A stretch of DNA of 64,000 bases. Origin: a virus. This document shows positions 37,781 through 48,025 of the stretch, one piece after another. The stretch's first letter is position 1; each line of letters begins with the position of its first letter. The stretch covers positions 1 to 64,000 of the IMG/VR virus record IMGVR_UViG_3300034063_001075; one strand, written 5' to 3'. The notes under the pieces are model-generated. The model saw only the letters and a program-made list of their open reading frames with translations, ran no database searches and was not told the DNA's origin. Both the position numbers and the translations under genes were made by a program.

Positions 37781-38227
37781 ATGGTGAAACAAAGTCTCGC
37801 TCACGAACTCCCCAAAGCTCGTTACGCAAACCATCAACAGTCCGAAATCGTCGAGAACTTCGTGGCGCAAGAACTCATCGGCCAAGGATGGTCTATCGCG
37901 TACCCACGCACGGAAAAATACCCCTTTGATCTAATCGCCGTGAAGGGGACCACCGTTCTTCGAATCCAAGCCAAATCCACCAAAGGACGCAAAACAGATG
38001 CACGACTTCAGTTCTGTACTAATCGGTACCAAGCAGGAGGGGGGAAACGGAGGGGTTTGTCGTGCGAAGACTGCGACGTGCTGGCGCTTGTGAGCGTCAA
38101 AGATATGTCTCTTTTCTTAGTCCCTGTAGATGACGCCATCTCAATAGCAACTTTTACAATAAACTCAAAAAACAAAAGCCGATACTACCGCAAATTCTCA
38201 AATCTAAAACCATGCAAAACCACCTAA
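37781..38227 (+). CDS. PD-(D/E)XK endonuclease (free-standing homing-type)
   Basis: PFDLIAV...RIQAKS...CDVLALV; overlaps the polymerase start; start codon uncertain. Confidence 0.7.
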   Translation: MVKQSLAHELPKARYANHQQSEIVENFVAQELIGQGWSIAYPRTEKYPFDLIAVKGTTVLRIQAKSTKGRKTDARLQFCTNRYQAGGGKRRGLSCEDCDVLALVSVKDMSLFLVPVDDAISIATFTINSKNKSRYYRKFSNLKPCKTT

Positions 38228-39996
38228 TCTACGCAATCGACTTTGAAACGTACTACTCTAAGACGGTTGGCATTAACTCACAGGGGACGTGGCACTACCT
38301 CATGCACCCCGAGTTCGAGGCCTACCGCGTCAGCATTGTGGGCTCCAACGGGTTCAAATTTGTTGGAAGCCCTAAAGACGTAGACTGGAAAGTGATCTGT
38401 GAAGCGGACGTCTGGGTCTCCCACAATGCGAGCTTCGACGAACCTGTATATCACTTCCTCCAACAGACAGAGCAGATCGAAGCACCGGAGGTCACCCCAG
38501 TCTGGCAGTGTACGGCAGACTTGAGTGCCTTCCTCGCAAGTCCACGCAGCTTAAAGCAAGCGGCGGGGGTTCTTTTGAACGAAGAGGTAACGAAAGACAT
38601 CCGAGATGCGATGAAGGGTAAACGGTGGACGGATATGACCCCAGAGTTTCAAAAAGAGGTGGACGAGTATGCTTTGAAGGACTCGGAATTGTGCTTACGG
38701 CTCTGGCTTGAATTCTCAGACAAATGGCCGGAGCACGAACGGCGCATCTCCCACCATACGCGAGAGATGGGGGCTGAGGGATTGATGATTGATAAGGACA
38801 GCGTCGAGGAGGGTATCACGACACTGCGCCGACAAATTTGGGAAGCAGAACAAAAGATTCCGTGGGCGGATACCGACGCGAAAACGCTGTCGGCCAAAGC
38901 GCTAGCGATAGAATGCCGGAACGTCGGAATCGAACCCCCGTCGTCCTTGGCAATCGACTCTGAAGAGTGTGCCGCGTGGGAGGAGAAGTACGGGGATCAG
39001 TATCCGTGGGTTGGGGCGATGCGTACCTACCGCAGGTGCAATGCTCTCCTCAAGAAGGTCGAAAACATCAACAACAGGATAAGGCCGGACGGAAGACTGG
39101 GATACTCCCTGATGTATTGCGGGGCACATACGGGTCGGTTCAGCGGAGGGGGCTCCGGAATCAACTTCCAGAATCTCCCAAGGGAAGAGCTTTTCGGGGT
39201 CAACCTCCGTGGGATGATTGTCGCGCCAAAAGACAAAAAGCTGATCATCGCCGACCTAGCACAAATCGAACCGCGAGTTCTGGCGTGGTTTGCTGAGGAC
39301 TGGGAAACCCTCAAGATGGTTGAAAGCGGGGTAGACATTTACGAATCCCACGCACGAATGACAATGGGCTACGACTTGGACATCTCGCTCAAGCAAGCCG
39401 CAGAGAACGACCCAAAGTACAAAAAGCTACGGCAACTGGCGAAGGCTAGGGTATTGGGGCTGGGTTATGGGTGCGGCCCGGACAAGTTCGTTATTGTCGC
39501 CAAAACCCTAGCGGGTCTCGACATCACCCGAGAAGAATCTGAGGTGATCGTCAGCAACTGGCGGGAGAGCAACCCCAAGATTATCGCGTTTTGGAGAAAG
39601 CTAGAAAACCACTTCAAGATGCGCGTCCCCGAACCCGTCGAGATAGGCCTACCGAGCGGGAGGGAGATTCGCTACCGCGACACTCAAAGTCTTGCCGGAA
39701 ACCTCACTGCACGGATTCCCAGACAGGGAAAACTCATCCCCGTAAAAATTTGGGGCGGAGTTATCTGTGAAAATGTCGTTCAAGGCGCGAGTCGAGATGT
39801 GTTTTGTGACGGCGTTTTGCGGCTGGAAGATGCTGGATATAAAGTCATCTTAACCGTTCACGACGAAGTAGTTGTCGAAGCCGAACCGCATCAGTCCGCC
39901 GACGAAGTGGTCAAAATTCTTTGCCAGACCCCGGAGTGGATGCCGGGGCTACCCGTAGATGCAGAAGCCGTCGAATCCTCTGTCTACGTCAAGTAA
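38212..39996 (+). CDS. DNA polymerase family A with 3'-5' exonuclease
   Basis: IDFETY, HNASFD; motif A ADLAQIE; motif B RQLAKARVLGLGYG (Leu at the 762-equivalent position); motif C VHDE. Confidence 0.92.
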   Translation: MQNHLIYAIDFETYYSKTVGINSQGTWHYLMHPEFEAYRVSIVGSNGFKFVGSPKDVDWKVICEADVWVSHNASFDEPVYHFLQQTEQIEAPEVTPVWQCTADLSAFLASPRSLKQAAGVLLNEEVTKDIRDAMKGKRWTDMTPEFQKEVDEYALKDSELCLRLWLEFSDKWPEHERRISHHTREMGAEGLMIDKDSVEEGITTLRRQIWEAEQKIPWADTDAKTLSAKALAIECRNVGIEPPSSLAIDSEECAAWEEKYGDQYPWVGAMRTYRRCNALLKKVENINNRIRPDGRLGYSLMYCGAHTGRFSGGGSGINFQNLPREELFGVNLRGMIVAPKDKKLIIADLAQIEPRVLAWFAEDWETLKMVESGVDIYESHARMTMGYDLDISLKQAAENDPKYKKLRQLAKARVLGLGYGCGPDKFVIVAKTLAGLDITREESEVIVSNWRESNPKIIAFWRKLENHFKMRVPEPVEIGLPSGREIRYRDTQSLAGNLTARIPRQGKLIPVKIWGGVICENVVQGASRDVFCDGVLRLEDAGYKVILTVHDEVVVEAEPHQSADEVVKILCQTPEWMPGLPVDAEAVESSVYVK

Positions 39997-40015
39997 TCAG
40001 CAACCAACATATACC

Positions 40016-42136
40016 ATGCCCTTATTCTCCATCAAAAATCTCCGTAGCTCCGAGGCGAACACCTGTGAGCCGTGGGCCTTGAATCAAAAGAGGCCCCTCT
40101 TCCCAAACAAAGAGGCTTTCCGAAAATGGAGCGCGGACGCGGCTACAGACTGGGTCTTCTTCTCCGCTTTCGAAGGAACAAACCAGAATGTCCGAATATC
40201 GCGTCAAAACCCCGCGATCAAAATACACGGAATCATTGCTGACTACGACGCGAAGGTGTCCGCAACCGAAATAGCTTCACTGATCGACAAGAATGCTCCC
40301 GTTAAGCCGAAATACTACAGTCAGACGTTTTCCGGAGGGGCGCGGTTGGTGTGGTTACTAGAAGAGTCCACATATATCGACAATGGGAAGATTTCAGAGA
40401 ACTTCGTTAAGATTGCGGCCAAAGAGTTAAAACTCAAAAGCGTAATTCCGGGGTTCGATCCTTCTTCGTTGGAATCGACCCAATACTTCGAACTCGGGGA
40501 AAACTGGGTCGAGATTCCGGACGCCGAACCGATCGACAGCGTCACAGTCGGTTTCTGGATGCACGAAGCTTGTAAGAAAATAGACGTATCGTCTGAAGGA
40601 ACGGAAATACCTGTCGAAGTAATCAAAGAAGAAATCGACAGGCAGTTCCCCGGACGCTGGACCGGAAACTTCAGCATTGGGACACGTGGCCCCCTGTTCT
40701 GGATTCAAGACGGCATAGACCGCACAGGCTGTGAAGTAGCTAGCACGGGGATGATCTGCTACTCCTCCCGCGCCGGAACAAGCTTTGCTACTTGGGAGAT
40801 GATCTTTGGCAAGGGGTTCGTCAAAGCCTACGAGGAGAAAAAATATGGCTCCGTCGTTAACGACTTCTTCTACGACGGATCGTTCTACTGGTGGAGGAAG
40901 GAGAACGGTGATTGGAGGTCGGCGAACAAAGAAGACACCATCCTGCACCTCAAGGTTGCACAGAAGATGTCGTGCAAAACCAAGCAGAACGAGACGGCCA
41001 GTGAAGTAGACAAAATCCTCTATTCGATCCAGAGCAACAAGCTCATCGATGCGGCCCTTCCGTTCCTCTACCAAAAAGAACTAATCGTAGAAAACAACGG
41101 TCTGCGTCACCTGAACATCAACAGGCGTCAAGTCATGCAACCTGCGGATTGTACACACAAACTCGCATGGGGTGAAAACTTCCCGTGGATAGCCAATTTC
41201 ATCGACAACAGCTTCGACCCAACTAACCAGAAATACTTCCTCATCGAATGGTTGCGGCGGCTTTATCAACCTGCCTACGAGGGAAACCTACAGCCGGGTC
41301 ACACACTGTTCATCGCTGGCCCCCACGGTCGAGGTAAGTCGTTCTTCGGAATGCAAATCCTCCGTCAGATGATGGGCGGTGGAACTGACGCATCCTCGTT
41401 CTTGATGAGCGAAACGTCCTTCAACAAGGAGATGCTCGAAGTTCCCATTTGGAATGTGGATGACGGAACGTCGTCTTCGGATTGGAAGAGTCATCGCCGC
41501 TTTTCGGAAATGGTGAAGAAGGCTGCGGCGAACCAGTACTTCAACTACCACCCGAAGTACAAAGACTCGCAGACAATGCCGTGGCGGGGGCGCGTAGTTG
41601 TCACGCTAAACGACGACCCGCATTCGTTGAACCTCATCCCCGCGACTGACGGAACAATCATGGACAAGATCATGCTGCTCAAGATGTCCCCCAAGTTTGA
41701 GCCTCACTTCTCGCCGAACCAAGACGAGAACAATGCTATGATCGCCAGAGAACTGCCGTGGTTCTTGCGTTGGCTTCTTGATTCCGAACCGGACTCACAA
41801 ATCAAGGGGTCCGCACGTTTCGGGTTTGAGCCCTACCACCACAACTCGTTGGTGCAAGCTTCGTTGGATCAAAACCCCTCGTTCCGGTTTATCGAAACCC
41901 TCGACGTCTTCCGCAGGGAATACAAACGACACCACGACGACAAGGTGATGTTTGAGGGGACGGTGACCGAGCTTGTGCGTGAGATCAACAAGATCGACGG
42001 ACTTAAAGACGTTAACAAAGAGCACGTGAACGTTATTGGCCGCTGGCTTCACCAACTCCACGCGCACGTGGACTGGCTTCACAAACCCCGCACCCTTGAC
42101 GGGAGAACTATGTGGAAAATCGATTTACCTGTATGA
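40016..42136 (+). CDS. Primase-helicase (SF3/DUF5906-type P-loop)
   Basis: IADYD (primase-like), GPHGRGKS, NVDD, VTLN. Confidence 0.8.
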   Translation: MPLFSIKNLRSSEANTCEPWALNQKRPLFPNKEAFRKWSADAATDWVFFSAFEGTNQNVRISRQNPAIKIHGIIADYDAKVSATEIASLIDKNAPVKPKYYSQTFSGGARLVWLLEESTYIDNGKISENFVKIAAKELKLKSVIPGFDPSSLESTQYFELGENWVEIPDAEPIDSVTVGFWMHEACKKIDVSSEGTEIPVEVIKEEIDRQFPGRWTGNFSIGTRGPLFWIQDGIDRTGCEVASTGMICYSSRAGTSFATWEMIFGKGFVKAYEEKKYGSVVNDFFYDGSFYWWRKENGDWRSANKEDTILHLKVAQKMSCKTKQNETASEVDKILYSIQSNKLIDAALPFLYQKELIVENNGLRHLNINRRQVMQPADCTHKLAWGENFPWIANFIDNSFDPTNQKYFLIEWLRRLYQPAYEGNLQPGHTLFIAGPHGRGKSFFGMQILRQMMGGGTDASSFLMSETSFNKEMLEVPIWNVDDGTSSSDWKSHRRFSEMVKKAAANQYFNYHPKYKDSQTMPWRGRVVVTLNDDPHSLNLIPATDGTIMDKIMLLKMSPKFEPHFSPNQDENNAMIARELPWFLRWLLDSEPDSQIKGSARFGFEPYHHNSLVQASLDQNPSFRFIETLDVFRREYKRHHDDKVMFEGTVTELVREINKIDGLKDVNKEHVNVIGRWLHQLHAHVDWLHKPRTLDGRTMWKIDLPV

Positions 42137-42323
42137 GACCTATACTCCGACAACTACACCCTAAACACCCACTCCTCAAAGCAACCCGCGCATATAAACG
42201 TGTGTGGAAAGGCATCTGTGGTGGGGCTACTTGGAACGACCTATCGCATAACGCGACACCTATGCTCGCGAGAATGCAACGCGAGGCTCGGGAACGGGAG
42301 AACCCAACGTCGAGGATTGCCGT

Positions 42324-42737
42324 ATGATGTGCTACCGAGACATGACGTTCTGTGAGGGGGAGGGATGCCTCAAGTTCAACGAGTGCCCCCGTGCCCTGAC
42401 ACAAGACGTGCGGGAAAGAGCAAAAATGCTTGGCCTATTTGTATCGCGGTTTACAGAGCCTACGAAACTTCACTGCTACCGAGCGTCTTCAATTAACCGC
42501 CTCCTGAAGGAGGTTGGCAAAGAAGAAATCCTGCTAGCAGATGGGTTCGATGACGCCTTGATTGGAACAGCCCGTCGAACGAGCGGAACCCTCGTTGCCG
42601 TATACGACCGGGCCAAGTGCATCGAAATCCTCTCCCGCGAAATGTCCCCGGAGGAAGCTGAAGAATATTTCTCCTTCAACACCGAGGGGGCTTGGGTCGG
42701 GGAACAAACACCAATTTTCACGGAAATAAAACTATGA
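42324..42737 (+). CDS. Hypothetical phage protein
   Basis: Cys-rich N-terminus plus LADGFDDALIG...VGEQTPIF module. Confidence 0.6.
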   Translation: MMCYRDMTFCEGEGCLKFNECPRALTQDVRERAKMLGLFVSRFTEPTKLHCYRASSINRLLKEVGKEEILLADGFDDALIGTARRTSGTLVAVYDRAKCIEILSREMSPEEAEEYFSFNTEGAWVGEQTPIFTEIKL

Positions 42738-43036
42738 GTATACGAACCACAACTACTACGACCAATCTGAAAAAGTACACCATCGTCATCAACAAGGATG
42801 TGCCCCTCGTCCCGAAATCAACACTGTCTTCGAGAACGATGCACCCATTGTCGTTTCTCTTAAAGAAGCTCGAAGTAGGTGAAAGTTTTCAATGGCCCGT
42901 GGAAGCTGGTGGCGACTTCAACAAGCTGAGGTCCGTAGCAGCTTACTGGGGTAAGAAATGGGGCCGCTCGTTTACGGGGCGACAAGTTACAGCCACCAAA
43001 GGACGTAAAGGTCTTAGATTTTGGAGGACAGCATGA
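42734..43036 (+). CDS. Putative small DNA-binding protein
   Basis: KLEVGESF...GLRFWRT. Confidence 0.5.
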   Translation: MSIRTTTTTTNLKKYTIVINKDVPLVPKSTLSSRTMHPLSFLLKKLEVGESFQWPVEAGGDFNKLRSVAAYWGKKWGRSFTGRQVTATKGRKGLRFWRTA

Positions 43037-43340
43037 GCGCGGGTTGGCTCCTCTTAGGGATAGCCATAGGGATACCCTTGGGTGGGTTGGCTACGTATGG
43101 AGCTATCTTTGCGTGGGCTGTTCGCTGCGCCAAAGCGGAAGGAGAAAACAACGATGCCGAGTGATCCTGATCAAGACCGGGACGAAGCGCAGGGGATGGA
43201 CGCCGAAGAGGCCCATTACTGGAAGCGCCGAATGGACCCAATGGAAGAGTATTGCGAATACTGCGAAGGGTTCTACGGCGAGTGCGAGTGTGAAGAAAAA
43301 AGAGAAGCGGAGCGCAAGGCGGAAGAGGAGGAAGACGAGG

Positions 43341-43709
43341 ATGAATGAACAAGTAATGGAAATCCTCCGCGTACTAGCGGAGAAGTTCGGGACCACCACG
43401 GAGTTCTTGTGGGGGGTCTTGATCCGGCAGGCTTACGTCCACGGGGTCACGGCAATCGTTTGCTTCCTCATCACTTCAGTCTTAATCTTCGGATGGAACT
43501 GGGTCTGGTGGCGAGCGGAAGTCGGAGAAGAAGTCAGCCACCGCGACAAAGGCGATCGAATGTTCGCTATATTCATGTGCCGACTCGGTGGTCTAGGTCT
43601 GGTGTTCATCTGGACCTGCTTTTTCCTGAGCGGAATGTTCGAGGTCACGACCGCGCTCCTCAATCCGGAATATTGGGCGCTTAAACAAGTCTTGGGAGGG
43701 TTGAAATGA
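43341..43709 (+). CDS. Two-TM membrane protein
   Basis: LAEKFGTTTEFLWGVL...LNPEYWAL with two hydrophobic segments. Confidence 0.6.
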   Translation: MNEQVMEILRVLAEKFGTTTEFLWGVLIRQAYVHGVTAIVCFLITSVLIFGWNWVWWRAEVGEEVSHRDKGDRMFAIFMCRLGGLGLVFIWTCFFLSGMFEVTTALLNPEYWALKQVLGGLK

Positions 43710-43891
43710 GTGAAACCCCCAGAACAGACGAAGCCGTCGAACGCTGGAGGCAGGGAAAAATAAACCTCTGGGAAGAGACGGCTCGGCTGGAGCGGGAGCT
43801 ACGGTTAGCCCAAAAGGAGATTAAAGAACTTCGGGAGGAACGGGACCTGTTCCGAAAGATGTTCGAGAAGAGCGGAGCTTGGCATCCATGA
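43706..43891 (+). CDS. Coiled-coil hypothetical protein
   Basis: MSETPRTD...ARLEREL. Confidence 0.55.
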   Translation: MSETPRTDEAVERWRQGKINLWEETARLERELRLAQKEIKELREERDLFRKMFEKSGAWHP

Positions 43892-44178
43892 TGCTAGAAT
43901 TTCAACGTCCGTTCTGTGTAAAAACACCTATCGGGTATGGGTGGGTTATCTACGTTTGCAAAGAAAGCCATCTGGCAAACGACATCTGGACGGTGGCAAT
44001 GGAACAAGGGGGTAGCGTCGCCCACTTCCGGTCGGACCAGATCAAGGCGCTACCTAACGGAACGTTAGACATTGTCGAAAATGCAGAGGTGGCTCCCCGA
44101 AAGGAACCACCTCGCGTCCGGTTGCCGAAGCGCCCGGAGGGGCGTCTAGCTAGAAAAGCAAAGCATGAAGACGAGTAA
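43888..44178 (+). CDS. Hypothetical protein
   Basis: Start overlaps the previous stop; VKTPIGYG...NDIWTV. Confidence 0.5.
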   Translation: MMLEFQRPFCVKTPIGYGWVIYVCKESHLANDIWTVAMEQGGSVAHFRSDQIKALPNGTLDIVENAEVAPRKEPPRVRLPKRPEGRLARKAKHEDE

Positions 44179-44698
44179 TAAGCCGTTTGAACCTAGAGCA
44201 ACGGGAAACTCGGGGCGGAGTCACGACACCGCCTTGAGTTCTCCGCTGTTGGACAATACAGCCGATTCCGCCATAGGGACCGTAAACAATCCCCAAGTGG
44301 TTGATAATATACATTGTAAAGCACCTCCTTTCAATTTTGTGTTCCTCAATCGGTATTGTAGCATCTTTCGAACCACCCCTAAAACATTTTATCTGGGGAT
44401 TCTATTATTTCTAATCTACTGGTTCATCGGGTTTTTCCTTCTGGGATGCGCTAGCATGGTCCCCGAAAGACCGATGGCGAAGCCGTGGAATTTTCCCCCG
44501 CTGAGGGAATGGAACGCGCCCTTTGAATTCGCGTGGCAAAATGGTGTCGATAACTGGCGAAAACTGACAGTTAAGAGAACGAAAACGATCGAAGGTATGG
44601 TCTACGAGTACGACGAAGTGACACAGCTATACTTTCCAGACCTCATTCGATACGCCGAGGAGCCGCAGTGTGGGAGCACGATGGTTGACTCGTTGTGA
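44165..44698 (+). CDS. Putative membrane/lipoprotein
   Basis: Hydrophobic stretch ending in LLGC; true start uncertain. Confidence 0.35.
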   Translation: MKTSNKPFEPRATGNSGRSHDTALSSPLLDNTADSAIGTVNNPQVVDNIHCKAPPFNFVFLNRYCSIFRTTPKTFYLGILLFLIYWFIGFFLLGCASMVPERPMAKPWNFPPLREWNAPFEFAWQNGVDNWRKLTVKRTKTIEGMVYEYDEVTQLYFPDLIRYAEEPQCGSTMVDSL

Positions 44699-44907
44699 GT
44701 TGGGTATATGATACCAACGTATGAGCTTCGAACCCCAAGGACCGATGGACCCAGAAGAGTTCATTCTGGCCTTACTTTTAGGGCTGCTCGCCCTCTCAGT
44801 AATGATGAGCTACATGGTCAAGAACCTGATTTGGTAACCTGCGGAATTTATCACTTTAGAAGCACGGATTAGACTACGCTTTAACAACTACTCTTTTTCT
44901 ACTCAAT

Positions 44908-44978
44908 GATGGGGGTGCATGGCAGCGGCCTCTAAAGCCGAAGGAGCCAGCTTTACTGGGGATTACCCGGACCCCATC
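44908..44978 (+). ncRNA. tRNA-like cloverleaf with a CUA anticodon loop
   Basis: GATGGGG/CCCCATC closing stem; CGGC-CTCTAAA-GCCG; CTGGG-GATTA-CCCGG; D and T arms non-canonical. Confidence 0.3.
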
Positions 44979-45001
44979 CCCTCTAGCCACCGTATCGTTA
45001 A

Positions 45002-45403
45002 ATGAGACCTTCATGGGCTGAATTTGCAATGAGCGCGGCTGAAGTAGCCTCCTCTCGGTCGGAAGACCCGTGGGTCAAAGTCGGGGCCTGTGTCCTCCGA
45101 AAGGACCACAGCATAGCCGGGGTTGGGTACAACGGAGCGCCCTCTGGAGTCGAAATCGACTGGTCCGACCGGGAGAAACGAAGGCTCTATGTGATCCACG
45201 CGGAGGCCAATGCACTGAGGTATTTGAGGCCTGACGAGGGGGATATCATAGCCGTCACCCTAGCCCCATGTCCGAACTGCCTTACGCTAATTGCTTCCTA
45301 CCGCATTCCGACAGTGTTCTACAGAGATACATCGGAAACATACCCGATCGGGATAACGGAAAATGTTGCATCAGAGTTAGGCGTCGTGCTGCACCAGATT
45401 TAG
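45002..45403 (+). CDS. dCMP deaminase
   Basis: GYNG, HAEANAL, PCPNC zinc motifs. Confidence 0.9.
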   Translation: MRPSWAEFAMSAAEVASSRSEDPWVKVGACVLRKDHSIAGVGYNGAPSGVEIDWSDREKRRLYVIHAEANALRYLRPDEGDIIAVTLAPCPNCLTLIASYRIPTVFYRDTSETYPIGITENVASELGVVLHQI

Positions 45404-45504
45404 TTCCCGTTCGGGTATATGTCGGAGGTAGCCGACATCCTGTAAAAGTCGGAGAACGGCGACTCCCGCCCCATCAAGTGCGAAAGCGTTATCGAAAGTA
45501 AGGG

Positions 45505-45870
45505 GGAAGAGCCCCACTTTCCCACTGCCTCCCCACTGCATATTCGAAGGCCTACAGAGTAAAAGTGGGAGTGGGGTAAGGGGGGTGGGAAAATAATCCC
45601 GGCAAAAATCTAAGAGGCGTTGGGGGCCTTCCCTTATATTATAATTTTTAGTCCATAAATGTTACTTTTCTTCATTTATCTCCACTTCTGGCTACCCATC
45701 CGTCCCGTGCAAGACTCCGATTTACTCTGTTGAATGAGGGTCTTTCGGGGCGGGGGCTGGGCCTTTTTGGGAGTGGGGGTAAGTGGGGGTCCCCTCTGTA
45801 GCGTTGTCCCACTTCAACCCCACTTTTTAGGCCTACCCCACTTCCAGACCAAAAATTTTTTCTATCCCCC
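45505..45870. other. Putative replication origin
   Basis: Non-coding; CCCACT/AGTGGG repeats on both sides of an AT-rich core (about 45634-45680). Confidence 0.45.
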
Positions 45871-46016
45871 TAATTAAAGTAAAGACATTGCCGATTTCCC
45901 CCCTCCGGTCCTACCCGCGTGGTGGATGCTAGCTCCGTCTCTGCTTCTCTGTCGAGAGCTAAAGGGGGACGGTCGGGGGACAGATGACGGGACCAACAGA
46001 CAGGGGCCAGAGCGCC

Positions 46017-46805
46017 TCAGACAGGGGGCGGAGCAGGCAGGGCGAGGAGCGGCTCCCCGCTCTCTGTTGGCGACCCGCTCTCACATTCTTGCGGCCTTCT
46101 CTGTAGCGGCCTGCTTTGGACGTCAATCTGCTCCTCTGCTAGCTGAGACAGGAAGCCGATGTTCACTATGGTCTTCGACTCCTTGTCTCCTTGGTCTAGG
46201 CCCAAGGTCTGTCTGGCTACAGAGTTGAGGGAAGAGATATCTTTGGCCTTGGACAGAAGCTGAGGGCCGTTCATCTTCGCTACTGAGTCCGCAAAGACTA
46301 GGGAGGCCCTTGCCATCTTCTCTCTGTAGCTCTTACCCTGCTCGACTAGCTTAGAGACGGCGGCATTGGTCGCCGATTCGAATCTCGCCTGTGCCGCCTC
46401 ATGGAGGGCGTCTATCTCCCTAGCCCACCCCTCCCTGCTGAACCTAGCTGTGAGGGTCTGCACCCCGCACCCCATGTCCGCCGCTATGTCTGCATAGGTG
46501 TCGCCACGGGCACGGCGAATCCTAGCCAACATCCAATCGATTGAATCAGTAAAGGTATCGGTCCCCGACTTCATTCGCTTCTTCGTCGCATAGCTCCTCT
46601 TCTTCTTCTTAGCCGGAGGCGATTCAGGATCAGGGGACTCAGGAGAATCAGGCGTGCTAGCACTGCTAGCAACTTCAGACCCGGCAGCCTCCGGGTCAAT
46701 CGCCGGGTCAATCGCCGGGTCTTCCGGGGGAAGCGCTGGGTCACTGTTGTGGAGCGCTAGCACAGTATCGAGAAACTCTTCTGACGGTTGGTCGTTCTGT
46801 TCCAT
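46017..46805 (-). CDS. Terminase small subunit-like HTH protein
   Basis: GDTYADIAADMGCGVQTLTARFSREGW helix-turn-helix, helical oligomerisation-like region, ARQTLGL; upstream TTGCAA-N16-TAGCGT. Confidence 0.55.
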   Translation of the reverse strand: MEQNDQPSEEFLDTVLALHNSDPALPPEDPAIDPAIDPEAAGSEVASSASTPDSPESPDPESPPAKKKKRSYATKKRMKSGTDTFTDSIDWMLARIRRARGDTYADIAADMGCGVQTLTARFSREGWAREIDALHEAAQARFESATNAAVSKLVEQGKSYREKMARASLVFADSVAKMNGPQLLSKAKDISSLNSVARQTLGLDQGDKESKTIVNIGFLSQLAEEQIDVQSRPLQRRPQECESGSPTESGEPLLALPAPPPV

Positions 46806-46852
46806 TCGATCAAAGGACGCTAGCAGCAAATCACTGATTTGCAAGAGGTTTG

Positions 46853-46880
46853 TGATACCTGCTAGCAGGTTGGGGATAAG
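46853..46880 (+). promoter_or_regulatory. Early promoter motif, copy 1
   Basis: TGATAC-N14-GGGATAAG with ATG 7 nt downstream; overlaps the palindrome ACCTGCTAGCAGGT. Confidence 0.65.
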
Positions 46881-46887
46881 TCGCTGT

Positions 46888-47976
46888 ATGGAAAACATCA
46901 ACACCACAATCAACCTCACAGCAACTGAACTCAGCGCTCTCTCTGTTAAAGAGCTTCGCAAGCTCGCCAACGAACAGAGCCTCGGGTCCGGAGGCTGGAG
47001 GGCCACCGCAACCAAGGACGCTCTCGTCACCGCGCTCTCGACCGGACAGGTTCCCGCTTCGCCGACGAACTCGGCTGCTAGCGCGGCAACTCTCGCCGAT
47101 GCCATCGAACGTGTGATTTCCTCGGTCACACCTTCGCTCGACGAAGACCGTGTCCGCGAACTGATCGCGGAGATCGTCCCCACAATCGACTCCAACCGCC
47201 CCCGAGAGATTGAGGTCATCCGCCTCGACACCTCCAAGGTCAACGTGGGTCGCCAGCACTACCTGTTCGCACAGCTTCTTCAGTGGGCTGCTCTCCGGAT
47301 TCCGGTCATGCTCGTCGGCCCCGCTGGCTCTGGCAAATCGACCGCCGCTGAATTTATCGCCAAAGCGCTCACTCTGGAATTCTACCCGATGAGCGTGACG
47401 AACCAGACGAGCAAGTCCGATCTGATTGGCTACAAAGACGCGACCGGAAACTACCATCCTAGCATCTTCCGCCGCGCCTTCGAATTCGGTGGGGTCTTCA
47501 ACCTCGACGAGGTGGACAAGGGTAACGCGAACGTCCTCGCCGTGCTGAACTCGGCCTCGGCGAACGGTTACTGCTCGTTCCCCGACCGTGTCGTGCAAGC
47601 GCACCCCGACTTCGTCTTCATCGCCGCTGGCAACACCTACGGCCTCGGGCGGAACGCTCAGTTCGTCGGCTCCAATCAACTCGACGCCGCTACGCTCAAC
47701 CGTTTCGCCACTCTGTCGTGGGGTTACGACGAGTCGCTGGAGAGCGAAATCACCGCGCCGTTCGGTCAGACCGATTGGGTTCGGTTCGTCCAGAAGGTCC
47801 GCTCTGTCGTGGATTCGCTGGGCATCCGCCACATCGTCTCGCCCCGCGCTAGCATCCAAGGTTCACAGGCCCTCGCTGCGGGAATCGACCGCCATGACGT
47901 CGAGTCCGCCGTGCTCTGGAAAGGCCTCGACTCCGCTTCAGTGGAGAAGGTCCGCCAGAACCTCATCGCCGCCTAA
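46888..47976 (+). CDS. MoxR-type AAA+ ATPase (CobS-like) with N-terminal HEH/SAP-like domain
   Basis: GPAGSGKS, NLDEVD, DAATLNRF; N-terminal LSALSVKELRKLA..GSGGWR..ATKDALVTAL. Confidence 0.85.
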   Translation: MENINTTINLTATELSALSVKELRKLANEQSLGSGGWRATATKDALVTALSTGQVPASPTNSAASAATLADAIERVISSVTPSLDEDRVRELIAEIVPTIDSNRPREIEVIRLDTSKVNVGRQHYLFAQLLQWAALRIPVMLVGPAGSGKSTAAEFIAKALTLEFYPMSVTNQTSKSDLIGYKDATGNYHPSIFRRAFEFGGVFNLDEVDKGNANVLAVLNSASANGYCSFPDRVVQAHPDFVFIAAGNTYGLGRNAQFVGSNQLDAATLNRFATLSWGYDESLESEITAPFGQTDWVRFVQKVRSVVDSLGIRHIVSPRASIQGSQALAAGIDRHDVESAVLWKGLDSASVEKVRQNLIAA

Positions 47977-48025
47977 CCGGATTGGCACAGGGTCCGACCC
48001 CCTGTGCTAGCACCTCAACCAACTC

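Noticed and set aside
37781-38227. Group I intron around the PD-(D/E)XK endonuclease
   Set aside because: The flanking genes appear uninterrupted and no intron core was recognised; treated as free-standing
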